64,000 nt of DNA from positions 24,828 to 88,827 of IMG/VR virus record IMGVR_UViG_3300033549_000069. One strand, given 5' to 3'. The notes below the pieces were generated by a model. That model ran no database searches, was not told the origin of the DNA, and worked only from the letters and a program-made list of their open reading frames with translations. The stretch is from a virus. Of this stretch, positions 19,701 through 29,514 are shown piece after piece. How positions within the stretch are numbered: position 1 is the stretch's first letter; every line of letters begins with the position of its first letter. The position numbers and the translations under genes are program-made.

Positions 19701-22412
19701 ACTCGCCTGCGTGCCGCCGCTCCGACGCAACCACAAGAACACCCCGTCATCCGAGGCGCTGTGCGAGTCGAACTGGACGTCCCCACGCCCATCTACGGAC
19801 GTGTGCAGGATGTACGAGGGCGCGGCGACGTTGATCCCTAATCGGCCCGTCGTCGTGAGGTACATCTTCGCCGCGTTGTTCACGATGAAGCGCACCTCGT
19901 GGTCGCTCTGTGCGCCCACGGAAACGGCTGTATCCAACGCCTGGATCTTCACCACGCAACTGTTGGTCGTGTCCTGGGCTGAGACGTATGGGTCCGTGGA
20001 CCCCATGGCCCGAATCCACGCCGAGGCCGCCTGCACGTCCAACGTCGCCTGCGGTGCCCCACCGATGCCTAGCCGCACATTCCCGTTGTCCCACACCAGA
20101 TTGGAACTCGCTGCGAACGCGCCACTGCTGTTGTACTGGATCTCGGTGTTGCTACCCGCCGCCCCGCTCACCTTACTGTTGAACGTGGTCCAGTTGGTGC
20201 TCGTCAGATACCCGTTCGTGGACCCTGACGCCGCCTGAAAGCTGATCTCCTGCGTAGACAGGCCAAGCCCGCCCGTGGTCGCTGACGTCGCCAACGTCAC
20301 GGCATCATGCCGCCCTGGCACCGCCCCCCAGGATACGTCGGTCCCGTTCGTCGTGATCACCTGCTCGTTCGTCCCCACAGGAAACCGCGCCGTCACGTTG
20401 CTCGCGTTGCGGTAGAGCAGATCCCCTCGCGTACTCAACGGCAACGTCGGCTCCGCCCCCACGTTCGCCGCCGTCAACGCGGTCCCATTGATCTTATAGC
20501 TCTGCCCACTAGGAATGTTGACCGACCCGCTCCCGTCAATCGTGACCAGCGAGTTCTTGATCAACTTCCCCGTCGTCGAATCGAACAGCGCGACCGCCGA
20601 ATCCGTCGCGCTCGTCGGGCCGATCACCGCCCCGTCCAAATTGATCTGGAGGATGTCCCAGTTGGCCCCCACGACAGCGTGGGTGCCCGCTGCGGACCCA
20701 TCCACATGGCAGACCAGCATGTCGCCCGCCTCGACGTTCGGCCCGCTGGCCCCGCCGATCTTGCCCGCCACGCTGATGCGGTAGGTGAACCCCGCGTCCG
20801 CTGCCGGATAGTTGGGGTTCCCCGAGCAGTCGATGGCACCCTTGTACAGCAACGGATCGGTCAGCTCGATGCCCGCACTCTTCCAAGTCGACCCGTCGTA
20901 CCAGCGCAGCGCCGACCCCGTCCACTCCACGGTGCCCGCGATGGCCGTGCCGTTCTGGTGCGCCCCGAGCACGACCGCGCCGTTGCCCGACCCGTCCTTG
21001 AGGTGCAGGCGCTCGCCCGGCGTGGCCTGGCCCACCCCGAGATACCCGTTGCCCTTGGTGTAGTAGACGTCCGCTGCGGCCCACGCCCCGCCGTCGTTGT
21101 AGATCACCTTGGTATCGCCCGTGGGCGGCGCATGCGTGTGCGTGTCCAACGTCGCAAACGCCGTCTGCGCACTGGTCGTCCCGGTCAGGAACCCCGTGAA
21201 CGCTCCCACATCCACCGTGATCGCGCTCGCCGGATGCGACCCCAGCACGGTGCGATTCGTGAGGCTGTTGTGGTCTGTCGCCACATACGTCCCCGAGGAC
21301 ACCACCGCCAGGCTGCGCAGATCCTGCGCCTCCTCGTAGGGACTCGCGTCGTCCCGCAGGAGGACGCGATACAGCACCTTGAACTCCTTGGCCGGGAGAT
21401 TGGTCAGGCTCAACTGGTCGTAGGTGTTGTTGTTGCGCGCATCGGCGATGTTACCGTCCTTGCGCTGCCCCATGATCACGTAGATCGGCGTCTCGGGATC
21501 GTTCGTCACGAAGAACCAGACCGCCACGTAGTCGTTGCTGTTCGTCTCGGTCAGCGTGCCGCCGTTGTCGTAGGTCAGGTGCGTGTTCTGAACCACGTAG
21601 TACAGCGTGCCCTTGCTACCCCAGGTCCAGTTCCCACTCCCATCGCGCCGAAACACCCGACACTGCGTCTGCTCACCGGGCACATGACGGATGTCCTCGT
21701 CTCGATACACGCCGTCCGTGATCGTGAACGTGGTGTTCGTGAAACTACCGCCGAGCCCGTTCACATAGCGAGACCCCAGCGTCTCGTGCATGTAGTCATG
21801 GGTGGCCCAGTCCATGACCAAGCCGTGCCGCTCCTCGCCGATACGCCCCTGGTCCAGATCGGTATTCCAGTACACCGTCGCCACTGGCGAGATCCCCGCG
21901 CTGAGATCCCACGCCGAGGTCGCCTTCTGAAGCACGCCGCTCGCGTCGAAGTAGACATAGTGCAGCCCTGTCACGTCAGTCAGCGTCACCGTCTGGGCGC
22001 TACTCTTGGTGTACTTGGTGCCCTTCGAATAGACGTCGAAACTCGTCACCGCTGGAGCAATCGTGAACTCCCGCGTGGTGTTGTTGAACGACAGCGTCGA
22101 GTCCGTGCGATTCGGCAAGCCCGTGGGCTCGCCTTGCAACGTCGAGAACGTCTGCGACTGCGTCAACGAGACCGCCACACCGCTGCTATTCAGCCAGTAC
22201 ACGTCGCTCGCCCCGGCCCCACCTGCGAACAGTCGCCCGAGCCCCGATCCGGGCGTAGTCGGCGTGCTGATCGCCGCGAACAACGCGTGGTCGGATGCCA
22301 CCAGGCCCGTGCTGGCGTTGCCCAACCGGATCGCGCCCGCCGCCTCCCGCTTCACATAGGCATCCCCGCTGAAGACCACCTGATTGTTCGCGCTATCGTA
22401 CTGGATTGCCAT
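16701..22412 (-). CDS. long tail fibre with C-terminal peptidase S74 intramolecular chaperone
   Basis: 1903 aa; ERMRI..G.VGIG fibre repeats, N-T-A-I-G beta repeats, C-terminal SSLRTKQDV...L.PV.F.Y...QYGLIAEEV...VNYDRLVPVLLKAVKDL coiled coil. Confidence 0.9.
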   Translation of the reverse strand: MAIQYDSANNQVVFSGDAYVKREAAGAIRLGNASTGLVASDHALFAAISTPTTPGSGLGRLFAGGAGASDVYWLNSSGVAVSLTQSQTFSTLQGEPTGLPNRTDSTLSFNNTTREFTIAPAVTSFDVYSKGTKYTKSSAQTVTLTDVTGLHYVYFDASGVLQKATSAWDLSAGISPVATVYWNTDLDQGRIGEERHGLVMDWATHDYMHETLGSRYVNGLGGSFTNTTFTITDGVYRDEDIRHVPGEQTQCRVFRRDGSGNWTWGSKGTLYYVVQNTHLTYDNGGTLTETNSNDYVAVWFFVTNDPETPIYVIMGQRKDGNIADARNNNTYDQLSLTNLPAKEFKVLYRVLLRDDASPYEEAQDLRSLAVVSSGTYVATDHNSLTNRTVLGSHPASAITVDVGAFTGFLTGTTSAQTAFATLDTHTHAPPTGDTKVIYNDGGAWAAADVYYTKGNGYLGVGQATPGERLHLKDGSGNGAVVLGAHQNGTAIAGTVEWTGSALRWYDGSTWKSAGIELTDPLLYKGAIDCSGNPNYPAADAGFTYRISVAGKIGGASGPNVEAGDMLVCHVDGSAAGTHAVVGANWDILQINLDGAVIGPTSATDSAVALFDSTTGKLIKNSLVTIDGSGSVNIPSGQSYKINGTALTAANVGAEPTLPLSTRGDLLYRNASNVTARFPVGTNEQVITTNGTDVSWGAVPGRHDAVTLATSATTGGLGLSTQEISFQAASGSTNGYLTSTNWTTFNSKVSGAAGSNTEIQYNSSGAFAASSNLVWDNGNVRLGIGGAPQATLDVQAASAWIRAMGSTDPYVSAQDTTNSCVVKIQALDTAVSVGAQSDHEVRFIVNNAAKMYLTTTGRLGINVAAPSYILHTSVDGRGDVQFDSHSASDDGVFLWLRRSGGTQASPAAVSSGHRLGNIVFAGYYDTSNSSWGAVIQSMAYGLWSATNRGACLQFYTTTTGTTALTERMRIIDNGYVGIGATTPDAKLQVNTWVESNVVGNTPTVLVWGNVGMSDTSETVLRLQRPVASGTSYNGGVDFNIHRYNTSGISPYTQMDIALKSVNSYTQTATVNVISLRDTGAVGIGNVAPDTLLTLGTAGTTAGVIKIAGLTSGTCTVRVAAVAGSGTIFELPATNGTNGYFLKTDGTGVTSWAAAGGGSPGGSDTYVQYNNSSAFGGMDTFRWDGSTFKLILGKVGQAAKLQLAGSTSGTVDIAAPATVTSYTLTLPANDGDNGQFLKTNGSGTCTWGWQSYNADGVSTGAETTDTTCFPVFVTTNTGYNAAKVNPYLLYNSSTGLLTLGASGSTKTGMLGLAGATSGLVTVTTVAAAGTWTMTLPTTGGTNGYFLKTNGSGTCTWAAAGASPNGSYGYVQLYNDAISFFSHLGFRWENTNKRLAVGYTSLTPQATLHVQSETNDPVMGSELVTNGSFTGSATGWTLGTGWAYGTNNVICTLSGSVEGSLYQAITVTNGRRYQITWRQTNSATLNGGVRISLGGNTTVATGFMNITTSSILWTVHLLSTVTGSSNLVFEVIDRLSSGTITIDDVSVMEITEGRATARFDTADGGGIQFRSNALTNFGIGDNVMNNLSGSTQENCGFGYYTLGELSTGNGNTAIGSSAMARATRLTSSVAIGSQSMRNQVVGSYNVACGAYAMSSSVNCDAFVAIGHQSAHNMLSGSNGVAVGQAALMSQQYGDQNTSIGAMSLYNLTTGSQNIAIGYRTGRYYGSGTSSLTTATASIFIGSLSRASADGNTNEIVIGANAIGNGSNTATIGHTDVTKIYLRGDIYSNTAYAKAVGGTNRAAYVDSTGLIGTISSSLRTKQDVVDMEDVGWIDRLHPVNFCYRSTPGVKQYGLIAEEVEGVNRDIVGYDWEGLPDSVNYDRLVPVLLKAVKDLRGEVQRLRAELLP

Positions 22413-22426
22413 GCCATCTCCATCCC

Positions 22427-22446
22427 AGGCGAACCTGGGTTCGCGT
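22427..22446. repeat. 20-bp palindromic motif, copy 5
   Basis: aggcgaacctgggttcgcgt between the two fibre genes. Confidence 0.9.
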
Positions 22447-22448
22447 CC

Positions 22449-25400
22449 TCACGAGAACGTGTGCTTCGTATTCCAGGTGCCGCTATCCCGCTTCTGCACC
22501 ACCAGATCCGCACTCACCCGCCCCGTGCGCCACGACCCGTCCGTGCTCGGATCTCCGTAGTAGTGCCAGCCGTTGCTGGCGATCTCCACGTCCCCGCCCA
22601 CGTCCAGGCGCGAGCTAGGGGCTGCCTCGTTGATGCCCACCCGCTTGTTGGTGTCGTCCCACACCAGTTCGCTTGTCTCGGTGTAGGTCCACTTGGAACT
22701 ACCACTGTTCCAATACAAGACCTGGCCTGCCGCTGTGCCAGCATCAACCGCTGTGCTGCTACCAGCCGCAACCCAACTACACACACCCGCCGTCGTGGCG
22801 CTCAACACGTACCCCGTCACTCCAGGTGCCGCTGCTGGCAACGTCATCGTCCATGACCCGGCTACATCGGCTACTTTGAGGGAAACAGTCCCAGAAGTCG
22901 TTCCAAGAAGATTTATTTGCCCAGTCGCACCGCCTACACGACCTATCTGAACGATTCCAGCATCTGTGATTCTCATTCGTTCTATGGTAGATGTTGTTGT
23001 ATTTGCAGTTGTATAAAAAACAATATACGAACCGCGAGCTGTATTGCTCCAAAGTTCTGAAGCATATCCATACATTGACGCATTACTTGATCTGTTTGCT
23101 AGTGCAGTGTTGTATTGTCCAAAAAATAAAAATCCACCAAGAGTATCGTTTGCTTGAACTACCGCTGGAGAAGAACGAGTTCCACGAGCATGATGCACTC
23201 CCCAAATTCCATGAGAATCAGTGCTGAATGTACTTGCCAATCCAATGTTGTTTCCAGAATCCAAACTTGACTCAATTATGCAAGAAGGATCTGCACAACC
23301 AATCCCAATATTACCAGCACTCGTAATCCGCATGCGCTCAGTAGGCGTAGTCGACCCTGACGCTGACGTTCTAAAAACCATGTAAGTAGGAGCTGACGAA
23401 TCTGTCCATGTACCATCTGCGTAGCCAACGAAATCAGCTCCAGTGCGATTTGCAGTAGCTCCAAAACCTTGAAAAGCTATCTGCCCAAGAGCATCCTCAC
23501 TCTGAACTGCGGACGGAGAAGCGATTGTATTTCTATATCTTCTAAGTATGATAAATGAAAACTTATTTGTTGTTGCCGCTGATGTAATGTGTATGCCAGA
23601 ATACACATCATTTCCTGGAAGAAGAATTTGTTTATTTGTGTTATCCCAAGTGAATGCACTGTCTGCACCGAAAGAACCACTGTTATTGAATTGAACTTGT
23701 GTATTGCTGCCCGCTGGCGCACCGGCACCGAAGTTGACCCAGGCTGACCCATTGTAGCCGCTGAACGTGTTGCTCGTGTACTTGATGGTGCCCGCGTTGC
23801 TGTTGGCGGTATTGCCCACCCGGATCGCCCCATTGGCCGACCCGTCCTGGATGTCCAAGCGCTCCGTCGCCGTCGTGTGCGTACCAATGGCCACCACCCC
23901 TGACGCCAACGTCATGATTCTGACATCATCCGTGCCATTATTGCGCAGGGTGAAATGAAAATAACTTGGCGTCGTACCAGAAGACCAAGTTCCGCTCGCA
24001 ACCGCCGCAACACGCCAACCAATGGCATGCTGTGATGAGCTGTACGAACCGTGGAACAGCAGCTCTCCGAGAATATTCCCGGACACAACTGCCGTTGGAG
24101 AAGCTTGCGTGTTGTTGTATCGGTAGAAGCCATAGTACGGAGAGATATTCCCACCAGAAGCGTACACGAACGAACTACATCCAGCCCAGGTCTGATCGGC
24201 AGTCATCGTAAACCTTGACGTGCCGTCCCAAGCCATGTTGGCACTAGCGCCAAAGGCCCCGCCATTGTTGTACTGGATCTGGTTGCTACTGCCCGCTGGC
24301 GTGGCCGAGACCGCCGCCCAACTCGTCACCCCAGTGCCATCCGTCTTGAGGAAATGACCGTTCGTTCCGTTTGTCGCTGGCAACTGGAAGATCGTGCTCG
24401 TGCCTGCTACAGATGCCACACGAACCGTGCATGTGCCGCTGGTTAGCCCTTCCAGACTCAGCGAGCCCGCCGTCGTTCCGGCTGTCCCCAACGTGAGCAA
24501 GGAACTTGGAGACACATTTGCGATGCCAACAAATCCCGCGCTCGTGATCCGCATGCGCTCGGCTAACGTTCCTGTTGAATTCCTTGTATTAAAAGCAATT
24601 CTTCCAGGTACGATCCCTGCCGAAACAGTTCCGTCAACAACACCCTGTACGTTTGTAGCTGTTATATAAGTTGGGGAGGCTCCACCATCCCAACCTACAG
24701 AATTCAAAGAACAAAGCACATCTCCACTTGCAACTGCTGTCTTTACGGAAAATGTTCCATTATGCCTAAAGCCTTGAAATCTTGATGTATTCGCGCTGCT
24801 TTCATTTGAAATACTGCTAAATTGCGGGTTGGAATCAGTACCATAAACAATCAAAGAATGTACTTGAGTAGCTCCATTTATACTGACTCCGGCTGTCGTT
24901 CCTATGAACACATTGCCGGAATTCGTGATTCTCATACGCTCAGCGTACGTTCCAGACGTGTTCCTGATATTGAACACCATCCGCCCTGGAACGATGTCTT
25001 CGGAAACGGTTCCATCGACCTCAATCCTTATCTGTGCTGCATCAACATATGTCGGACTACTAACTCCACCATCCCAACCTAAACCCGAAAATGACGCAAT
25101 AACATCGCCACTTGCCACTGCTGTTTTGCCAGACAAAGATCCATTATGTCTAATGCCAACAAAGCGACCAGCAGACGCGCTCCCTTCTGAAATAATCCCG
25201 TTGATTTGGGTCGAAGCATCAGCCCCGGCGACTATCATTGAATATGTATAAACAGTTCCATTGATACTATTTCCACTTGTCGTGCCGATGAACACGTTGC
25301 CCGCACTCGTCAGCCGCATCCGCTCGACCACCGTCGCCGTCGTCGCTGCCGTCAACTCAAACCGCAGATCCGACCCTCGCGCCCCGGCCCCCCAGTTCTC

Positions 25401-26618
25401 CGTGGCATAGGCCGCGACGAACGAGCACCCGTAGTTGTTGGACGTATCGTAATATCCGGCGAAGCCAAGCTGCCCCAGTCGGTCGCCCGATTGCACTGCC
25501 GATTTTGACGCTCTCGTCCCCCTGCCGCGCTGCACATAGACGCTGGCACAGTTCGTTGAACTGCTGAACACGCTCGCGAACATCGACGCGTTCGCCGTGT
25601 CCTTGCTGATCTCAATCGCCCCTATGGGATTTGTGCAGCCGATGCCCAACCGCTTGTTGGTGTTGTCCCAGAAGAACGCCGCATCCGCGCCGAACGCGCC
25701 CGCATTGTTGAACTGCACGTAGCCGGTGCTGCCCGCTGGTGTGGCAGACACCACTGACCACGAGGTCACGCCTAACCCGTTGGTCTTCAAAAAATAGCCA
25801 TCGGTGCCATTGGTCGCGGGTAGCTGGAAGACCGTACTCGTGCCCGCTGCCGCTGCGACCTGCACCGTACAGGTGCCGCTCGTGGCCCCCGCCAGGCTCA
25901 ACGAGCCCGCTGTCGTTCCCGCCGTACCTAACGCGAGCAACGCCACTGGAGACGCATTGGCGATGCCCACCTTGCCTGCGGCGGTGATGAGCACCCGCAT
26001 ATCAAACGCGGTGCCATTGTGCGTCTGCAACTCCAACTTGGTCGGGATGTTGTTCCCGGACACCGTGCCACTGACCGTGGCCTTGATCGCGGCCACCGTC
26101 GTGAACGCTGACCCATACCCGCGAAACGAAACCCCACCGATGGGATCGCCATCGGCCACGGTCGTCTCCGACCCCTGCGAGCCCCGCGCCTTACGGATCG
26201 ACACGAAGCAACCATAGGACTGATTGCTGCCGTGCATCGTCGCCTGGTACGGGTACGTCCCCTCGACCGTCACCACATCGAACCGCGACCCGTCCACCGT
26301 GGTCTTGCCGTAGGCCAAGCCCGCGTTCCCGCTGTCCCAGTACAACTGCGATGCGCCGCCCAGAGTCGAACTGTTGTTGTACTGAATCTGTCCCGACGAC
26401 CCACCGGGCGTGGCCGATCCCAGCGCCACCCACGCGCTGCCGTCATGCACCTTGAGCTTGGTCGCCCCCGTATCGAAGAACGCCATGCCCGCCTGCGGAT
26501 TGCCCGTGCCGTCCCCCACGCTGTCCCACTTGTTGTCGCGAATCCACACCAGCGCCGCCGACTCGGTGGCGCACTCGCCCATGTAGTGGTTCTGCCCGTA
26601 GGGCATGGTCAAACTCAT
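22449..26618 (-). CDS. long tail fibre protein
   Basis: 1389 aa; repeated ERMRITSAGNV.IG and LGTAGTTAGSLSL.G.TSGTCTV modules shared with 16701..22412. Confidence 0.85.
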   Translation of the reverse strand: MSLTMPYGQNHYMGECATESAALVWIRDNKWDSVGDGTGNPQAGMAFFDTGATKLKVHDGSAWVALGSATPGGSSGQIQYNNSSTLGGASQLYWDSGNAGLAYGKTTVDGSRFDVVTVEGTYPYQATMHGSNQSYGCFVSIRKARGSQGSETTVADGDPIGGVSFRGYGSAFTTVAAIKATVSGTVSGNNIPTKLELQTHNGTAFDMRVLITAAGKVGIANASPVALLALGTAGTTAGSLSLAGATSGTCTVQVAAAAGTSTVFQLPATNGTDGYFLKTNGLGVTSWSVVSATPAGSTGYVQFNNAGAFGADAAFFWDNTNKRLGIGCTNPIGAIEISKDTANASMFASVFSSSTNCASVYVQRGRGTRASKSAVQSGDRLGQLGFAGYYDTSNNYGCSFVAAYATENWGAGARGSDLRFELTAATTATVVERMRLTSAGNVFIGTTSGNSINGTVYTYSMIVAGADASTQINGIISEGSASAGRFVGIRHNGSLSGKTAVASGDVIASFSGLGWDGGVSSPTYVDAAQIRIEVDGTVSEDIVPGRMVFNIRNTSGTYAERMRITNSGNVFIGTTAGVSINGATQVHSLIVYGTDSNPQFSSISNESSANTSRFQGFRHNGTFSVKTAVASGDVLCSLNSVGWDGGASPTYITATNVQGVVDGTVSAGIVPGRIAFNTRNSTGTLAERMRITSAGFVGIANVSPSSLLTLGTAGTTAGSLSLEGLTSGTCTVRVASVAGTSTIFQLPATNGTNGHFLKTDGTGVTSWAAVSATPAGSSNQIQYNNGGAFGASANMAWDGTSRFTMTADQTWAGCSSFVYASGGNISPYYGFYRYNNTQASPTAVVSGNILGELLFHGSYSSSQHAIGWRVAAVASGTWSSGTTPSYFHFTLRNNGTDDVRIMTLASGVVAIGTHTTATERLDIQDGSANGAIRVGNTANSNAGTIKYTSNTFSGYNGSAWVNFGAGAPAGSNTQVQFNNSGSFGADSAFTWDNTNKQILLPGNDVYSGIHITSAATTNKFSFIILRRYRNTIASPSAVQSEDALGQIAFQGFGATANRTGADFVGYADGTWTDSSAPTYMVFRTSASGSTTPTERMRITSAGNIGIGCADPSCIIESSLDSGNNIGLASTFSTDSHGIWGVHHARGTRSSPAVVQANDTLGGFLFFGQYNTALANRSSNASMYGYASELWSNTARGSYIVFYTTANTTTSTIERMRITDAGIVQIGRVGGATGQINLLGTTSGTVSLKVADVAGSWTMTLPAAAPGVTGYVLSATTAGVCSWVAAGSSTAVDAGTAAGQVLYWNSGSSKWTYTETSELVWDDTNKRVGINEAAPSSRLDVGGDVEIASNGWHYYGDPSTDGSWRTGRVSADLVVQKRDSGTWNTKHTFS

Positions 26619-26640
26619 GCAGGCACCTCATCGCGCAGCG

Positions 26641-26702
26641 CAAAAAGGTGGGGCCGGGTAGCCCGAGGAGAAAAGCAGAAGAGACAGCCTACCCGACCCC
26701 AC
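26641..26702 (-). terminator. Rho-independent terminator-like hairpin with a long loop
   Basis: 14-bp stem (26648-26661 / 26689-26702, one G-U) followed by CUUUUUG on the minus strand. Confidence 0.6.
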
Positions 26703-26717
26703 AAGCTCCCGAACTCG

Positions 26718-27872
26718 TCAGACCACGTTCCAGTTCGCGCTGCCCGCCGTCGTGCAGACGTAGAGCACCTTGCTGGTGGTATCCAGGCAGAACTCGCCCA
26801 GCACGCCGGTCACGACGCTGTTGGGGTTGCCCACGTTGAACTGCATCGAGCGCACGCCATCGGAGTCGACGACCAGGCCGCCCTTGGCCGCCGTGGCCGC
26901 CAGCTCGATCTCGACGCCGGACGCACCGCGCACGATACCGTGGGCGCCGTCCGCCTGGACTTGCAGGGTCTTGCTGCCCGAGGTGCCGGTCAGCTCCAAG
27001 CCGGGGTTGCTGGCGGTCAGGTCGACGTTCACGGTGTCGTTGCCCACCGAGATACCGTCGCCGCGCCCGACGTCCAGGGTGTTGCCGGTCTTGGTGAGAC
27101 CGGATCCCGCGTTGATCTGCCCCGCGCCCGTGAACTGCACCCAGTCGGTGCCGTTGTAGGTCCAGCCGGTGTCGCTCCAGATGCCGCCGTCGCCGGTGAC
27201 GAGCGCCGCCCAGCCGTCTGCCGGGGCCTCGACCGCCCAGGTGTCCGTGGTGGCGTTGTAGGTCGCGATCTTCTTGCCGTGGGTCGCAAACGATCCGGCC
27301 CCGCCGGTCGCCTTCACGATCACGCGGGTGCCATCGGCTGGCTCGCCCGCTGTATCCGCCTGGATCAGCACCCATGCCGTCCCGCTGTACTCCACGATGT
27401 CGCCATCGGTGAATCCGCCGGTCAGCCAGCCCTTTACGACGTAGCAATCCCCTGCCACCATTCCGGTCGGATCGGTGGTCCCGCCGTAGTCGAAGTCGCT
27501 CACCATGTTGATCACGAGGACCGGGGGCTTCCACATGAGGCCCGTGGCCACGCTGTCCACGTAGCTCTTGGTCGCCGCGTCGGTTGCCGCAGACGGCGCT
27601 CCGAGGTTCGTGATGGTGGTCGCGCCTGCGTCCGCGCCCGCGGTGAGCACTTCGCTCAGGGTCGGGGTCGCGGCCTCCATGGCGGACCAGGCCGATCCGT
27701 CCCAGACCTTGAGCAGCGCGGCGGTGTCGTCCCAGTAGGTGACGCCGAGGCCGACCGATGCTCCCAGCGTGCCCCAGCCCAGGGTGGTCTGGAAGAACGT
27801 GGTGGCTGCCGCTGCGTCTGCGTGATTGCCAATGAAGTTGTGGTAGCGATACGGACTTGTGAACCCTGCCAT
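26718..27872 (-). CDS. fibre/appendage protein (paralog of 6766..8154)
   Basis: Shares a ~220-aa GLMWKPPVLV...GVEIE block with 6766..8154. Confidence 0.75.
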   Translation of the reverse strand: MAGFTSPYRYHNFIGNHADAAAATTFFQTTLGWGTLGASVGLGVTYWDDTAALLKVWDGSAWSAMEAATPTLSEVLTAGADAGATTITNLGAPSAATDAATKSYVDSVATGLMWKPPVLVINMVSDFDYGGTTDPTGMVAGDCYVVKGWLTGGFTDGDIVEYSGTAWVLIQADTAGEPADGTRVIVKATGGAGSFATHGKKIATYNATTDTWAVEAPADGWAALVTGDGGIWSDTGWTYNGTDWVQFTGAGQINAGSGLTKTGNTLDVGRGDGISVGNDTVNVDLTASNPGLELTGTSGSKTLQVQADGAHGIVRGASGVEIELAATAAKGGLVVDSDGVRSMQFNVGNPNSVVTGVLGEFCLDTTSKVLYVCTTAGSANWNVV

Positions 27873-27925
27873 TGGTGAACTCCTTTGTGATCCGGCGATA
27901 TTGCCGAGAACCGTGTAACTTTACG

Positions 27926-29482
27926 CTACTGTACGATCCATTCCGTGCTGCCGTCTATATTGATCCAAAATACGCCCACCCCGGTCTGATAGTACGACTG
28001 CCCAAGAACCCCGGTCACGATCCCATTGGGATTCGCAGCCCCGTCCAGCGCGCCCAAACTATCGAAAACATGCACGCCTCCAAGATTGTCCGTCCATGTG
28101 CCAGACCCCGCTATGACTTGAAACCGGCCACGAGATCCAAACGGATTTCCAGTATGCCGCAGGATGATACTCGCCCCGAGCTGCGAGCAGGTAATGCTGT
28201 GGACAAATGGCGCGTCTCCAATGGAAATCTCGGTCACCACGCCCTCGTTCTGCACAACGATTGGAACCGCTGCACCCGACGTGTTCGCTCCGACCTTGAA
28301 CGTGGCCACCCACCCGTCGTCTGCCACCGCTGCAAACCCCGTGGTGTTTACCGTAAACACTACCGGGACCACCGAGGTAGACCCGTGGTAGCTCTCCAGT
28401 AAGGCACGAACCTGGGTTCGCGTCACCGTCATGTCCACGCTGCGCAAATGGGTGTCCGACTCGCACTTCAGCCGGAACGGTGTCACCGCCGCTGCGTCAC
28501 TTACCAACGCAGGCGCACCCGCCACCGACTTTGTCCCAACCAAAGGATCGTCGATGAGCAACCCGCTACTCACCGTCACCGGGAAATTGAAGTCAAACGC
28601 CTTGCCACTCACCGCGTCTGTCCACAACCCCGTCGCCGACGTCGCTATCCACGCGATCTCCGAGATTCCAAACGCCGTGAGATCCTTCGCCGTGACCGTC
28701 AATCGAACAGGTGCCAACGTCGTCGGAGCCGCCCGCAAATCAGGCACCAGGGGCACGCTCACCGTGGACTGCGGCCAGAGTATGCCGTTCGTCCCACCTG
28801 CCTCCACGACGGTCGTAGTGCCCTTCCCAGCAACCACCGTGTACTGCATGCCGTCCGTCGGGTCGGTCGGAAGCGTCACTGTTACCGTGCCACCAACATT
28901 GTTCGTCTCGAAATACTGGCCGTTTTGAGATTCGGTCAGCACCGTGTTCGCCGAAAGCGTCAGGAACGGCGCTGGATCTAATCCACCGCCCGGACTACTC
29001 CCGCCCGGAAATTCGAACAACACCATCGCCGTGCCAAGCGGCAACCGAGCCCCGTTGTACCAGCGGATCGCATAGTCGTCCGCCACCACGCCAAACACAA
29101 CCAATGCCGGATCGACCGGAGTGCTTCCATCCCGCAACTCCCAATCCACAACCTGTGGACCAACCGCTCCCGGCTGAAGAGACGCGCACACAAGCGCCCC
29201 CGGAATCAACGTCAACGGGGTCGGCCCAACGCTGATCTGAGTCTGAAGCGTCCGCGATACAAATACCGCCGCCGCGTTCTGAGAAAACACGTGCGTCCCC
29301 GGGTCGATGATCACCACGCTCGGGAGCGCCTTGGCGAGCACCGTGATGTGCTCCAGGATGCCAAAGACGCAGGCGTCCACCCCGTGGGCAAACGTCCCGA
29401 ACATCTGCTGCCACTTCTGCCAGTCGGCGTTCCAATTCGGAATCGGCCACTGAAAATGTCCGGTATTACTCGCCTGCGCCAT
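27926..29482 (-). CDS. virion protein, paralog of 34037..35182
   Basis: N-terminal PIPNWNADWQKWQQ.F.TFA.GVD shared with 34037..35182. Confidence 0.75.
   Translation of the reverse strand: MAQASNTGHFQWPIPNWNADWQKWQQMFGTFAHGVDACVFGILEHITVLAKALPSVVIIDPGTHVFSQNAAAVFVSRTLQTQISVGPTPLTLIPGALVCASLQPGAVGPQVVDWELRDGSTPVDPALVVFGVVADDYAIRWYNGARLPLGTAMVLFEFPGGSSPGGGLDPAPFLTLSANTVLTESQNGQYFETNNVGGTVTVTLPTDPTDGMQYTVVAGKGTTTVVEAGGTNGILWPQSTVSVPLVPDLRAAPTTLAPVRLTVTAKDLTAFGISEIAWIATSATGLWTDAVSGKAFDFNFPVTVSSGLLIDDPLVGTKSVAGAPALVSDAAAVTPFRLKCESDTHLRSVDMTVTRTQVRALLESYHGSTSVVPVVFTVNTTGFAAVADDGWVATFKVGANTSGAAVPIVVQNEGVVTEISIGDAPFVHSITCSQLGASIILRHTGNPFGSRGRFQVIAGSGTWTDNLGGVHVFDSLGALDGAANPNGIVTGVLGQSYYQTGVGVFWINIDGSTEWIVQ
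28404..28423. repeat. 20-bp palindromic motif, copy 6 (inside CDS)
   Basis: gcacgaacctgggttcgcgt. Confidence 0.85.
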
Positions 29483-29514
29483 GCCGTGCTCCTGTCTTCA
29501 AAAACCGTAACAAA

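Noticed and set aside
20307-22856. 849-aa + strand ORF and similar long antisense ORFs (26232..27878, 42480..44198, 7351..8157, 62490..63737)
   Set aside because: Shadows of minus-strand genes caused by GC-rich codon bias; Arg/Pro/His-rich translations with no RBS or motifs
16701-26618. Diversity-generating retroelement acting on the tail fibres
   Set aside because: No reverse transcriptase in the window, and the fibre repeats differ at all bases rather than only at adenines
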